64,000 nt of DNA from Octopus vulgaris (taxonomy: Eukaryota), in the NCBI GenBank assembly GCA_951406725.2, contig OX597814.1:200818001-200882000 (forward strand), in the 5' to 3' direction. Position numbers and translations under genes: made by a program. Below the pieces are notes generated by a model, which worked only from the letters and a program-made list of their open reading frames with translations, searched no databases and was not told the DNA's origin. Each line of letters begins with the position of its first letter. Within the stretch, counting starts at the first letter, position 1. Of this stretch, positions 1 through 12,537 are shown one piece after another.

Positions 1-211
1 TCATTACTTTGGTTACTGCTTTTAGGCAAGATGTTTTAATCAGGGACAGAGTTTATTGTTGTTGTTTTTCTATGTGTGAGGTATTTATTTTACAAATGTC
101 TCATTTTTGTAAGGACAGTGTGAAACTGGTGGTTGATTTGACTGAAAATGGCTAAATACAATCTCAGAATCTACATAGACATTTTGGAATTAATTTGGAA
201 TTATTCAAAAT

Positions 212-540
212 AATTTTGTTGTGTCTGGGGAGAGTCATTCTCTTTTAGTGCCTTATTATTTAACACACTCACCAGTACAATTTCCACTTATCTCCTTTAT
301 TTTTCTAAAATTTTTGTTGCGTCTTGCAACCTTTTCAATAGTCTTGAGAAACTACTGAAAAGGTTGCAAGACACAATGAAAATTTTAGAAAATAAAAATA
401 AGAAATAAGTGGAAATTTTACTGGTGAGTGTGTTAAATAATAAGGCATTAAAAGGAATGACTCTCCCCAGACACAACAGATTATGCTTCAACACACAAAC
501 TCATATAAAGAATCTTGCAAACCAAATCCAAAAACGAAAC
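212..540. mobile_element. Foldback (~130-bp arms 212-342 / 351-483) Penelope-like pLTR remnant with an HHR-like motif in each arm
   Basis: Arms are near reverse complements around an 8-nt spacer. Consensus of the arms is CTA-CTGAAAAG-GTTGC-AAGAC-GCAAC-GAAA-ATT-T-TAG. ATG at 457 reads MTLPRHNRLCFNTQTHIKNLAN, homologous to 30030 MTIPKYNNICFNTRLHIKFLHN. PLE assignment is inference. Confidence 0.6.
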
Positions 541-572
541 AAAATAATTTTGCTTTTATTAAATTTCTTGCT

Positions 573-790
573 AAGGCAGTGAGCTGGCAGAGTCATTACT
601 GTGCTGGAAAAATTGCTTGGTGGTATTTCTTCTAACTTTATATTCTGAGTTCAAATGCAGTAGGAGTTGACTTTGTCTTTCATTCTTTCAGGATTGATGA
701 AAGAAGTACCACTTGATCATTAGGGTCGATGTAAGCAACTATTGCCCTCCTACCAAGTTGCAGGCCTTGAACCTATAATAGAAAGGATTA
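573..790 (+). mobile_element. tRNA-derived SINE family B (Nin-like central domain), decayed
   Basis: AAGGCAGTGAGCTGGCAGA head, GAGTTCAAAT B-box-like motif, GACTTTGTCTTTCATTCTTTC...GTACCA body; many paralogs in window. Confidence 0.75.
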
Positions 791-1176
791 TTATTATTAT
801 TATTGGCAGAGTCATTAGCACATTGGGAAAAATGCTTAGCAGCACCTTCCCCTACAATGGTTGGCCTTGTACCAAAATTTGAAACCATTATTAATTTTCT
901 TGCTCAGACTGATACCACTTGAAGAACCATCATTGTCTTTTTCTGATGCTCTTGGAGTGAACAGAGATGATGCCATCAGTATATCAATAAAAGTTGGCAA
1001 ACTGAGCAAAATCATAAGAGCATCAGGGAAAATGCTTAGCAGCGTTTGTTTTGGCTTTTTATATTTTGTATCGGAATTGTGCTGAGATTAACTTTACCAT
1101 TCATCCTTTCAGAATTGATAAGAATTGATAAGAAAGTACCAGTGAAGTACTGGGAATGATGTAATTGACTAATACC

Positions 1177-1381
1177 TATTTCTTTACTACCCACAAGGGG
1201 CTAAACACAGAGAGGACAAACATGGACAGACAAACGGATTAAGTCGATTATATCGATCCAGTGCGTAACTGGTACTTAATTTGTCGACCTCAGTGTAATT
1301 TGAACTCAGAACGTAACGGCAGATGAAATATGGCTAAGTATTTCACCCGGCATGCTAACGTTTCTGCTAGCTCGCTGCCTT
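1177..1381 (-). mobile_element. SINE family B nested in an older + strand SINE B (~990-1440), with 13-bp TSD
   Basis: TSD ATTGACTAATACC (1164-1176) / ATTGACAAATACC (1383-1395); tail GGGTAGTAAAGAAATA. Confidence 0.85.
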
Positions 1382-1880
1382 CATTGACAAATACCTTCTT
1401 GCTAAAAATTGCTGGCCTGGGGTCAAATTTTGAAACAATTATTAATTTTCTATGCATTTAAATGTTGTAATTATATTTAGAATACTGTATTTTGCATTTT
1501 TCAAAACTGCATGTGCAATACTTGTCAGCTTATTTGATTATATTTTATTAAGTTTCTATATTTTTCTAAGCAGAAATAATATCTGCATTGAATATAAATA
1601 TGAAAGTTCACTGTTTATATATTTTAAATGTGAATTTTGTTTGTTCTTTTTTTTTTTCTTTCTACATTTTTGAACATTTTCCAACTAACTAACGTTTAGA
1701 ATAAATTTAACACAACACCACTGTTTACATTCATCTTCTCTTACCAAACCAGCAGATGGTGTCATCATTATTTTTGTCACTCTGGTCAAAAGTCTAAGAG
1801 TGAGTTAAGTCTCTACTCTTTTATGCTAAAATTCCTGTAAACAAGTTATATTCATGGCTCCTTCAATTTTTCCCCTTTAA

Positions 1881-2100
1881 CTCTTTTGTTACCGTATTTA
1901 TTTTGAGATGCTCTGGGTTTCTTTCAATTACATTAAATATAACATAGAATTTAGTAAAATAACTTAGTTATCATTAAGCTAGTGTTAGGAGCATAATTTG
2001 TGACTAAGGTTTGGTGGAAGATTTTAATTCAGGACTTATGAAAAGAGGACATTTGTACTCAGATCCAGAGGTGGTTTCAGCCATGTAGGTAACGAAAGGG
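1881..2100. mobile_element. piggyBac-type MITE
   Basis: TTAA on both sides (1877-1880, 2101-2104); TIR CTCTTTTGTTACC / GGTAACGAAAGGG. Confidence 0.75.
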
Positions 2101-2257
2101 TTAAAGCTGGAGAACCTTACTACAACTATTATCATTTCGTATCACATGAACTAACACATAGTTCTGGCTCCACTTGCAGATACTATTGTTGTTGTTATCA
2201 TCATCATCATCATCATTATTATTATTATTATTATCATTATTATTACTATTATTATTG

Positions 2258-2820
2258 AATGAGAGAGCAGTGCGCGCTATCAAAGTGACACTGGGGTGAA
2301 ATATATGAAGCTCAGTATACTCATCATGACTACCCGTCTGATAAGGGTACACCAGGCACACATGCATCACAACCATATGTGCATGACATAGTGATCTCAT
2401 ATCAAGATAAACAGCACATGACCTTGCAGGTGGGGCCCAGTTAGAATTTTCTTCTGGTTGTGTAGCCCATCCCACTGAAAAGGTCCCTGAATAAGGGTTG
2501 TTTAAGGATGTTGAACGAAAAACACCCATGTTTCCAGAGGTGAATTATTCAAACCCTCCAAAGAATTCCTTTCAACACACGGCTATGATGCTCCTCCACT
2601 ACTTCTGCTCATGATCAGAGGTGCACATATCATCAGCCATTAAGCGACATGCTCAGCTGGTGAAAGTGAAACAACTGACAAGCAAATCTATGGTACTGAG
2701 TAGAATATTTGCTGTAGCCCATCTTTTATACTAAGACAAAACAATGTACATGATGACACTTTCAATCCGTTAAGTTCAAAAGCCATCAGAACCACTGGCT
2801 GGTACTGCATCAGGGCATTT
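2258..2820 (-). mobile_element. Interspersed repeat embedded in (TAA)n, probable 3' UTR/non-autonomous derivative of an R4/Dong-type LINE
   Basis: Second copy at ~38435-38745; both copies flanked by TTA/TAA-type repeats; family assignment and strand are inferred. Confidence 0.55.
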
Positions 2821-3125
2821 ATGATTATTATTATTATTCTGAAAGACTCTCAGATAGTTCATAATTACCAGTTGTTATTTACTTAAAAGTAGGAAATAAC
2901 AAATCACCAAAGGTTTCAAGTAGTGCCTTCTCCTGTGACTCAGAGACACTATACTCTCCTTAGAATGCGAGCTGTACCCAACAATGCTGCCTTCTGGATC
3001 ACTTCGAGCCTGACAGTTGCTCCAGTATTCTTAATATGATTATCAAAGTTCTTGTAAACTGCTGCTAATGCTCCAATTACCACCGGTATCATCATTAGTT
3101 TCCTCATGCCCCATAACTTTCCAAT
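2820..3125 (-). mobile_element. R4/Dong-type RLE LINE, 3' end
   Basis: C-terminal peptide IGKLWGMRKLMMIPVVIGALAAV...IQKAALLGTARILRRV*, then a short UTR and (TAA)n tail. Confidence 0.8.
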
Positions 3126-3740
3126 GGTATTTCTCACTCTTTTCTGTTTCCTCCTATTTTTCACTCTTTTCTGTTTTCCGGTATTGCTAACTTTTTCCTG
3201 GTATTTCTCACTCCTTTCTTTTTCCTCGTATTTCTCACTCTTTTCTGTTTCCTTGTAATTCTCACCCTTTTCTGTTACCTGGTATTTCTCACTCTTTTCT
3301 GCTTCCTGGTATTCTTACTCTTTTCTGTTTCCTCGTATTTCTCACTCTTTTCTGTTTTCTGGTATTTTTCACTCTTTTCTGTTTCCTTGTATTTCTCACT
3401 CTTTTCTGTTTTCCGGTATTTCTCACTCTTTTCTGCTTCCTGGTATTTCTTCCTTTTTTTCTGTTTTCCAGTATTTCTCACTCTTTTCTATTTCGTGATA
3501 TTCTCACTCTTTTCTGTTTTCTGGTATTTCTTCCTCTTTTCTGTTTTCCAGTATTTCCCCCACTCTTTTCTGTTTTTCGGTATTTCTCACTCTTTTCTGT
3601 TTTTCGGTATTTCTCACTCTTTTCTGCTTCCTGGTATTTCTTCCTCTTTTCTGTTTTCCAGTATTTCTCACTCTTTTCTGTTTCCTGATATTTCTCACTC
3701 TTTTCTATTTCCTGGTATTTCTCACTCTTTTCTGTTTCCA
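3125..3740. repeat. 27-bp minisatellite, ~23 copies (TTTCTCACTCTTTTCTGTTTCCTGGTA)
   Basis: Direct tandem periodicity; minus strand encodes (ETEKSEKYQ)n. Confidence 0.95.
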
Positions 3741-4089
3741 TTATTATTACTATTATTATTATTATAATTATTATTATTATTATTATTATTGGGAAGGTGG
3801 CAGGTTGGTAGAACAGCTAGCATATTCGTTAAAATACTTAACAGCATTTCATCCATGTTTATGCTCCGAGTTCAAATTTCCCTAAGGTTGATTTTGCCTT
3901 TCATTCCTTCGGGGCCAATAAAATAAGTAACTGACTTAATTGATGTAATTGACTTACTCTCACCCCTGCTGAATTGCATCCCTTGTTTCTCCTTTTTTCT
4001 CTCTTTTTCCCTGCCCTCACCCCATTCTTTTTCTAAATCCTAGAGTTTGGCTTTCTTCTGTTGATGAGAAAACTAAAATTTGTCATTTT

Positions 4090-4599
4090 AAAGTGCTGTG
4101 AATTTAGCCAGGATTATTGCTTTTGTGCTCCTGGGTAGAAAAGCCTTGTATGGCCTCAGACAGACAGTCCTTTATGCAATACACGTGCATTTCCAAGTTA
4201 TGCTGACTTTTGCAATACATCTAGATTGTATGGTATTTCTAAGGTTTTCAGATGTTTTTTTCAGATTGGGTGGTATTGAACCCATTGCTCCAATAACAAT
4301 AGGGACAACCTTTATGTTTGACTCTCGTAGCTGCCCCATCTTAGCGATCTCAATTCTCAGGTCCCCATATTTATCAACTTTTTCTCTTTCCTTCATAACG
4401 ATATGTTGATCTCCTGGCACTGCTACATCAATTATTAGGCACTCTTGTTTGTCCCACCTAAAGGTTATAATATCCAGCCTTCAGTGCTCTAACACTTTGT
4501 TTGTCTGGAAATCACAATCCCAGAAGATTTTTGCCTTCCTCTTTCCATCCATTACCTTTTCTGGTGTATGTTGGTACCAAGCACCAATAACCTCATTTT

Positions 4600-4600
<1 letters not shown>
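4090..4600 (-). mobile_element. R4/Dong-type RLE LINE fragment (restriction-like endonuclease domain)
   Basis: WYQHTPEKV...KIFWD.DFQT...LIIDVAVPGDQHIVMKEREKVDKYGDLRIEI...VVPIVIGAMG with stops/frameshift; 5' end abuts (TTA)n. Confidence 0.85.
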
Positions 4601-4638
<38 letters not shown>

Positions 4639-4694
4639 TATTATTATTAATGCCTTTGCACAGCTTCTAATGCTGGAGATGTATTATTATTATT

Positions 4695-5015
4695 AGCCTC
4701 TGTGCTGGTGGCACGTAAAAGACACCATTCGAGCGTGATTGTTACCAGCATCGTTTTACTGGCACCTGTGCTGGTGGCATGTGTAAAAGATTCGAGCGAG
4801 GTTGTTGCCAGTGCCGCCTGACTGGCCCTTGTGCCGGTGGCATGTAAAAGCACCCACTACACTCTCGGAGTGGTTGGCATTAGGAAGGTCATCCAGCTGT
4901 AGAAACTCTGCCAGATCAAGATTGAAGCCTGGTTGCAGCCATCTGGTTCGCCAGCCCTCAGTCATTCGTCCAACCCATGCTAGCATGGAAAGCGGACGTT
5001 AAACGATGATGATAA
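4695..5015 (+). mobile_element. RTE LINE 3' UTR fragment with (GAT)n tail
   Basis: Matches the UTR attached to the RTE ORF at 17548-18412: GTGCCGGTGGCACGTAAAAGCACC units, GTGGTTGGCATTAGGAAGG, CAACCCATGCTAGCATGGAAAGCGGACGTTAAACGATGAT. Confidence 0.8.
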
Positions 5016-5402
5016 TGTTATTATTATTATTATCATTCTTATTATTATCATTATTATTATTATTATAATTATTCGAGTTGTTGAGAATGAGATTCAGTTG
5101 TTGGAGATATCAATCTTTCAGTCATTTGCAAGTGCAAAAGTTTTCCTAATGGCTACTTTGGCAATTATCATTTGATGTTCAAAAACTAAATATGGTAAGT
5201 GTCATGTAAAAAAAATAAATAAAAAAAAAACGAGGCTTACAGATAACCTTTGTAGCAAACTGCAGTTTCAATTAGTGGCATTGGTAATTACCAAACATCT
5301 GTTAGAAAGACACTATAATTTTCTGATAGTGCAAATTGGTTAGACATCATCAGTAGAATCTTTTAGTTTTGTCTCCTTTCTTATCCAGAAAAAAAAAAAC
5401 TC

Positions 5403-5428
5403 TGTGTGTGCATGTGTATGTGTTTGCA

Positions 5429-5500
<72 letters not shown>

Positions 5501-5530
5501 TGTGTTTGTGTGTTTGTATGTGTGTGTGTA
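5403..5530. repeat. (TG)n microsatellite
   Basis: Direct reading. Confidence 0.95.
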
Positions 5531-5923
5531 AATACATTGCTTCGCAGATATGATGAAATATGTGCCATAGAAACCTATAAACCAGAGGTCTGTATGATTA
5601 TGGAGTCTTATTGTCGAATGATAGAAAAATGGATTATTTTCAAAAAAATATCTGTTCTTCTTGCTGTATCTCTAAATTAGTAAAGCAGTATCATGTGTGT
5701 ATGCACAGTACACAGCCAGAAAAATGAAATCCCAAAAAAACAAAACCAAGGCAAAAATCTGTGACTGTAATTTCTGTTGCTACAACTCTAGTTGTAATAC
5801 GGGTAGTCACTTTGCTTATTGATTTTAGAATTATTTTCTTCTACTATTCTTCTTGCAAGAGCCTATTGAATTTCATTCCTGTTCAATGCAAGTTCTAGGC
5901 TGATTAAATTTCCATTTCATTCA

Positions 5924-6420
<497 letters not shown>

Positions 6421-7085
6421 GTCTCTGCATGTTGTGGAAAAAAGCAAGCTAAAGTAGGAAATGGTTTCACAGATTGACAGCTCACATCAAGTAAGATATC
6501 TTTGTAAGAAAATTCTACACCTATAAAAAAAACAAAAAAAAAAATGAAACTAAAACAATAAAAAATTATTTTAAATTTTAAAGTCTCATATTCAAACATA
6601 GTGAATAAGATATTTTTTGTTTAAAACTAGATAAAAAAAAAAAGTGAATGGTGAGGAAGAGAGAGAGAGCTGAATAAAGTAAGTAAATATATATAGTTAT
6701 GCCCAGTTATTGCTCTCTATTATATGATATTTTTTTTATTATCTTCTTGATGAGGTTAACTAATTATTTGAAGACAAAATTACTTTTTGCGATGAGGTGA
6801 AGCAATTTGTGATTAGGTGAATCAATTTGTATCACTCAGTGAAAAATAGTGTCTGCTTATAAGCTATTTAATATAAATACACAATCTAATCATTGCAGTG
6901 TTAGCTTTGGACTGTTCAAAGCAGCAGATATAATTAAATAACCCATCATTATTAAATATCACATCATAATCATTATCACTGTCATCATTATTGCTGTCAT
7001 AATTTGTCGTCATTGTTGTTGTTGTCGTCGTCTTTATTGCTATTTTTTGTATGAGTTTTCCTTTGCTTTGATGTGGGTTTCATAG

Positions 7086-7185
7086 GTCTTCTACAGCACA
7101 GCATTTCTCCGCTTGCCACATTTATTTATCATTTTGTTTGTGAGGTTCAGAATTTTCATGTCAGTATTTCCACATCTGAAAGGAA
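7086..7185 (+). CDS. Candidate internal exon (100 nt), LLQHSISPLATFIYHFVCEVQNFHVSISTSER
   Basis: T-rich tract + TTTCATAG acceptor, GAA|GTGAGT donor, open frame; no protein recognised. Confidence 0.25.
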
Positions 7186-7449
7186 GTGAGTTTGTGGTAC
7201 TTTTGATGACAGACAAGGGATTCTTGCACATGGCTATGATAAATAAAACTTCTAAATTTCACAACTCTGATATTGCAACAGTATTAGGCTTGCAGCAATT
7301 TTACGCAGATGACTATTTCATATTGATTTCCAATTTTGGTACCAGGCCAGCAAGTTTGAGGAAGGGTGTAGATTACATCAACCCCAGTGATCAACTGGTA
7401 CTTATTTTATTGACCTTGAAAGGATTGATTTCAAAGTCAACATTGTTAG

Positions 7450-7846
7450 GTGTGTGAGTGTGGTAAGAAGCTTGCTTTCCAACCACATGGTTCCGGGTTC
7501 AGTCCCACTGCATGGCACCTTGGGCAAGTGTCTTCTACTAGAGCCTTGGGCTGACCAAAGCCTTGTGAGTAGATTTGGTAGACAGAAACTGAAAGAAGCC
7601 TGTCGTATATATATATATATTTATGTGTGTGTGTGTGTGTTTGTCCCATGGCTATTGCTTGACAACCGATGCTGGTGTGTTTATGTCTCCATAACTTAGT
7701 GGTTTAGCAAAAGAGACCAAGAGAATAAGTACTAGGCTTACAAAGAATAAGTTCTGGGGTCAATTTCTTCACCTAAAAACCTTGTAAGGCAGTGCTCCAG
7801 CATGGCCACAGTCAAATGACTGAAACAAGTAAAAGAATAAAAGAAT
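7450..7846 (+). mobile_element. tRNA-derived SINE family A (internal TA/TG microsatellite, (AGTAAAAG)n-type tail)
   Basis: TGTGGTAAG A-box-like and GGTTCAGTCCC B-box-like motifs, CCTTGGGCAAGT, tail GCTCCAGCATGGCCACAGTCAAATGACTGAAACAAG; ~20 copies/fragments in window. Confidence 0.9.
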
Positions 7847-8079
7847 GGACAAAATGCCATTAAACATTTTGCCAAGCAAATGATTCTGCCAGCATACCAT
7901 CTTGAAAGTTGACTTTTTAATATTACCATTGTCATAAGGCGGCAAGTTTCATCCAGTTGAGCATTGGTGTCAATGTAACTGATTTACCCGCGACCCAAAA
8001 CTGTTGGCTTTGCCTCCAAATTTGAAACCAAATTTCATCATGTATTTATTTTAACCAATCAGAAACAAGTAGTTTATAC

Positions 8080-8714
8080 TAGTGGTTTGCAGAGTGGGTG
8101 GTACTACTCCACTGAGGGCAGTGGAAACATCCAGGGGAGCATTGAAGAAAAATAGGGCGATAATGGGGTGACCGTGGAGACACAATGGCCCAGTCGTTCG
8201 GGCAGCGGACTTGCGGTCGGAGGATCGCAGTTTCAATTCCCAGACCAGGCGTTGGGTGTGTTTATTGAGCAGAAACAACTAAAAGCTCCAGCAGGCTCTG
8301 GCAGGGGGGGGGGGGTGACCCCTGTTGTTCTCTTTCACCACAACTTTCTCTCACTCTCTTTTCCTGTTTCTTGAGTGATGCTGCAATGGACTGGTGTCCC
8401 ATCCAACTGGGGGGAACACATACACCACAAAAACCAGGAAACTGGGTCCATGAGCCTACCTAGGCTTGAAAAGGGCAACGTTTATCATTTTTTAATGGGG
8501 TGACCAAAACAGGGGCAATGGATGTAAAAAAGCAAACAAAATAAAGAGTTAATTATATTAAGTTTTATTTCTGAAAAACTGTTGTTTTGAATTTGCTGCG
8601 GAAAATAGTCTGCATCTGTGATGGTGAGTGGAGCGGTAGTGGTGGTGGTGGGGCAGTAGGAATGTGACCTTAGAACTAAGTGGGTGGCAGCCTGAAAAAG
8701 CTTGGGAACCACTG
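8080..8714. mobile_element. hAT (Charlie-like) MITE carrying a SINE D insertion
   Basis: Ends TAGTGGTTTGCA / TGGGAACCACTG; 8-bp TSD GTTTATAC / GTCTATAC. Confidence 0.7.
8176..8485 (+). mobile_element. tRNA-derived SINE family D
   Basis: tRNA-like head ...GGGCAGCGGACTTGCGGTCGGAGGATCGCAGTTTCAATTCCC; paralog at 61855. Confidence 0.75.
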
Positions 8715-9205
8715 GTCTATACAATCTATTCTGGCTATTTAAACAAAAAACTGCTGTGTCTCACTAACTCTCTGTTAGCTCTCACCAACAGCCATAAGTA
8801 AACTGTTTCTCTCTTCATGGCTCTTGCTAGAAGTGATCTTCTACCCTGACATTGCGACAATGGAATAATTTCTACCAGTTCCAAAACATTTCATTTTCTA
8901 TTTGCTACTAACCATTATCTGTTTGCAAGCATCTTAATGTAACAAACAATGAACATAAATATATACATTATCTCCAACACTTTCTACAACTCATCCACCT
9001 GACTATGTAGAACAAGAAAATATCTACGTACATTCTCACAAACACATTATCTTGATTAATGTTGTAAATTAGGCCCTATTAAATTATGCCTGATTCCTGC
9101 ACTGTTTAAAACTACAACTCGCAAACCTCATACTGCATGATTTCAATTGTTTTGGTCAACAAACAAAATCAGAAGAGTTCTTTTACTCTGTTGGTAAGTA
9201 GAGAA

Positions 9206-9277
9206 TCCTCCTCCTCCTCCTCCTCCTCCTCCTCCTCCTCCTCATCATCATCATCATCATCGTCATCGTCGTCGTCG

Positions 9278-9329
<52 letters not shown>

Positions 9330-9510
9330 TGTTCAATGTTTGCTTTCCCAGCTGGCATGGGTTTGACGGTTTGACTGAGGACTTGCAAGCCAGAAGGTTG
9401 CACCAGGAGGCTGCACCAGGCTCCAATCTGATCTGGCAAAGTTTCTACAGCTGGATGCCCTTCCTTATGCCAACCATTCTGAGAGTATAGTGGGTGCTTT
9501 TTATATGCTG
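9206..9510 (-). mobile_element. RTE 3' UTR fragment with expanded (GAT/GAG)n tail
   Basis: Reverse complement of the RTE UTR terminus plus a trinucleotide tract at 9206-9328. Confidence 0.75.
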
Positions 9511-9654
9511 AAAAGAAACATCATAATCTGCCATCATTGTTGATTCCTATGCTATCTTGAGCAAGGGTTTTCTACTAAAGCCCTGGTCAGACCAACGTCT
9601 TGTAAGTAAATTTGGCAGACAGAAATTGAAAGAAACAATGCTGGAACTCTATCC

Positions 9655-9865
9655 CTAAGGGCTTTAGTTGAACAAGTCAACCTCAGTACTTATTTTTTAA
9701 ATCTGGTTCCTATTCTATTTGTCCCTGTTGCTGAATGACTAAGCTATAGGGATGTAAACAAACCAACATCAGTTTCAAGCTGTAGAAAAGGCATAAATAC
9801 AAAGACAAACAGACAAGCAGATAGACAGACAGACAGACACATACAAACTCTCACACACACATGCA

Positions 9866-9908
<43 letters not shown>

Positions 9909-10040
9909 CAGGCTTATTTCCAGTTTCTGTTCACCAAATCCACTCACAAAGCTTTGGTTGGACTAAAGTTATAGAAGAAGACACTTGCCCAAGATGCCGT
10001 GCAGTGAAACTGAACCTGGAACCATGTGATTGAGAAGCAT
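9655..10040 (-). mobile_element. SINE family A, decayed
   Basis: Homology to other copies. Confidence 0.75.
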
Positions 10041-10716
10041 GTGTCTATATTTGAATAAAATTTGAATATAGATGCAAAAATGGAATATCCAACTCTGGCA
10101 TGGCACCTATCATATCTAGAAATTTTAGCTTCATCATAATATTCTGTTTTTATATTTGCTGGCATCAAATACAAATCCTGTAAATAACATATTATAATTT
10201 CCTATATTTTTTGGAAGAAAATACATATATAAATCTAAATTGAATCAAATCTATGCATAACGTTTGCTGTATAGTAAAATAAATGCACTACTTGGAACAA
10301 TGTCAGATAAAACTCCTTGTATTGTGAGAAATATTCTTTAGCAGAGAATAGGGTCTGAGATAGAATTGATTAAGTACTGCAGAAGAAACTAAGAATTGGG
10401 TTAAACATAAAATATAAGTGAATGGCAGTAAAAAGGTGAAATAGGGAATAAGTTATAGAATCATGTTGCCATTGGAGATATATTTATATTCCATGAAAGA
10501 TTTATAACAATCTGCCAAAACTAGATGCTTTTAGTGCAGAGGTCAGCAGTAGAGAGTTGACATGGTGGAAATGTTGCCAAATATATGCAATATAAACATG
10601 CAATAGTAAATAAAAATTGACACAGCATGGCAGAATGGTCAAGAAGTTTGCTTTGCAATCATTGTGCCTTGGGTTTAATTCCACAGCATGGAATCTTAGG
10701 CTAGGCTAGATATAGC

Positions 10717-10857
10717 TATTTCTTTATTACCCACAAGGGGCTAAACATAGAGGGGACAAACAAGGACAGAGAAACGGATTAAGTCGATTACATCGACCCC
10801 AGTGCATAACTGGTTCTCAATTTATCGACCTCCGAAAGGATGAAAGGCAAAGTCGAC
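10717..10857 (-). mobile_element. SINE family B, 5'-truncated
   Basis: TATTTCTTTATTACCCACAAGGGG...GAAAGGATGAAAGGCAAAGTCGAC. Confidence 0.8.
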
Positions 10858-10939
10858 ATACATATGTGCATATAGATATATATATGACAGGCTTCTTTTA
10901 GTTTCCATCTACCAGATCCATTCAAAAGCCTTTGGTTAC

Positions 10940-11172
10940 TCTCTCTTTTACTCTCTTTTACTTGTTTCAGTTATTTGACTGTGGCTATGCTGGAGCACCA
11001 CCTTTAGTTGAGCAAATCGACCCCAGGACTTATTCTTTGTAAGCCTAGAACTTACTCTATTGGTCTCTTTTGCCGAACCACTAAGTTACGGGGACGTAAA
11101 CACACCAGCAGCAGTTGTCAAGTGATGTTGGGTGGGGTGGGGCAAACACAGACACATAAACATATACACACT

Positions 11173-11222
<50 letters not shown>

Positions 11223-11398
11223 TATATATATACATATATACGATGGGCTTCTTTCAGTTTCCGCCTACCAAATCCACTCACAAGGCTTTGGTCGCCCTGA
11301 GGCTATAGTAGAAGACACTTGCCCAAGGTGCCACGCAGTGGGACTGAACCCAGAACCATGTGGTTCGTTAGCAAGCTACATACCACACAGCCACTCCT
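10940..11398 (-). mobile_element. SINE family A, full length
   Basis: Head-to-tail match to other copies. Confidence 0.9.
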
Positions 11399-11744
11399 AT
11401 GCCAAAGATTACTGTCAAAGATAATTGTCCAACTTGTTACACAGCAAGACTGAACCTGGTTGATTGGATAGCAAGCTTCTTAACCATTTAGCCACACCAG
11501 AACACTAGCAAAAAATAAAAAATAAATTGTTAACTGTAACTTATCAGTAATGAATTATCAATCAATTGGTCAAATATCAATATGAATCAATTGACAGTAA
11601 ATTATTATTCCCTAAACAAATCACGATAATAGATTAAAAACCAATAATATAACCAGAACAGACAGTTGGGGAATGCAAAAGCATAACATCTGTTAGTTAC
11701 TGTGTATGGATGACTCAATGAAACCAATCAGATATTGAGGTTAA

Positions 11745-12537
11745 CCCTTTAGCAATTAAGTAGGCCAGATAATGTATTTTGGTTAAGGCAGTGAGCTGGC
11801 AGAATTGCTAGATTTCTAGGCAAAATGTTTTGTGGAATTTCATCCATCTTTATGTTCTGAGTTCAAATTCTCAGCTCTCCGTCCATTTTATCTCTCTATA
11901 TATAAAGCTGAAGCTGTCTGTATGGCAGGTCTGGTAGCCTTCAACTAACACTATCTCCTTCGAGACCCTGCGGTGCAAGTTAACCAAAATTGAGAGTATG
12001 ATAGAAGAAGGCTTGTTCTTCCTTTCGTAGAAGAAAAAATTCAAATCGGACCATGTTAACACCAAAAGTTATTTTCATCAAAAAGGTGCTTTTTTTCTAT
12101 GAAAATCCCTATTTTTTACGATGTTTTGACTGTTGTGTCGCCATTTTTCGGTGTATTTCAACCAGAAAAATGTTCACTTAAAGAGAATAACAAGCTAAAT
12201 AATGCAAAAGTTTTACTTTTCAAAAATTCCAATTCTAAAGGGTCGAAACAAACCCGAGCAACGCCAGGTAATACTGCTAGTTTTTGAATAAAGTGGACGG
12301 GGAACTGACACTTTAGCAGCTCAAGACAGATTCTGGAAAGCCAAGTTAGTGACCCAGTCACTACTAACCATATTTGGCCCAAATATTCTACCTGTTTTAT
12401 GTTCAAACCAGCTAGATCTGACTTATCACACCTTTCTACAATGTCATTGTAAAAATAAACAACCACATCGTCAAAATCTTGAAATTAAGAGAATAAATAA
12501 ACATTGCATTCAACAGAGTAAACTGAATGCAAAAGGG
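11745..12537. mobile_element. piggyBac-type MITE hosting nested insertions
   Basis: TTAA-CCCTTTAGCA ... TGCAAAAGGG-TTAA; body paralogous to 26790-27225. Confidence 0.65.
11891..12280 (+). mobile_element. Non-autonomous Helitron
   Basis: 5' TC(TCTCTATATATAAAG), subterminal hairpin CCCGAGCAACGCCAGG, 3' CTAG; inserted between A and T without TSD. Confidence 0.8.

Noticed and set aside
3125-3740. CRISPR-like array or repetitive protein gene
   Set aside because: Head-to-tail units with no unique spacers, eukaryotic context, frameshifted units; explained as a LINE-derived minisatellite
11008-11424. Recurrent peptides such as EDTCPRCHAVGLNPEPCG across many ORFs
   Set aside because: Antisense translation of SINE A, not a gene family
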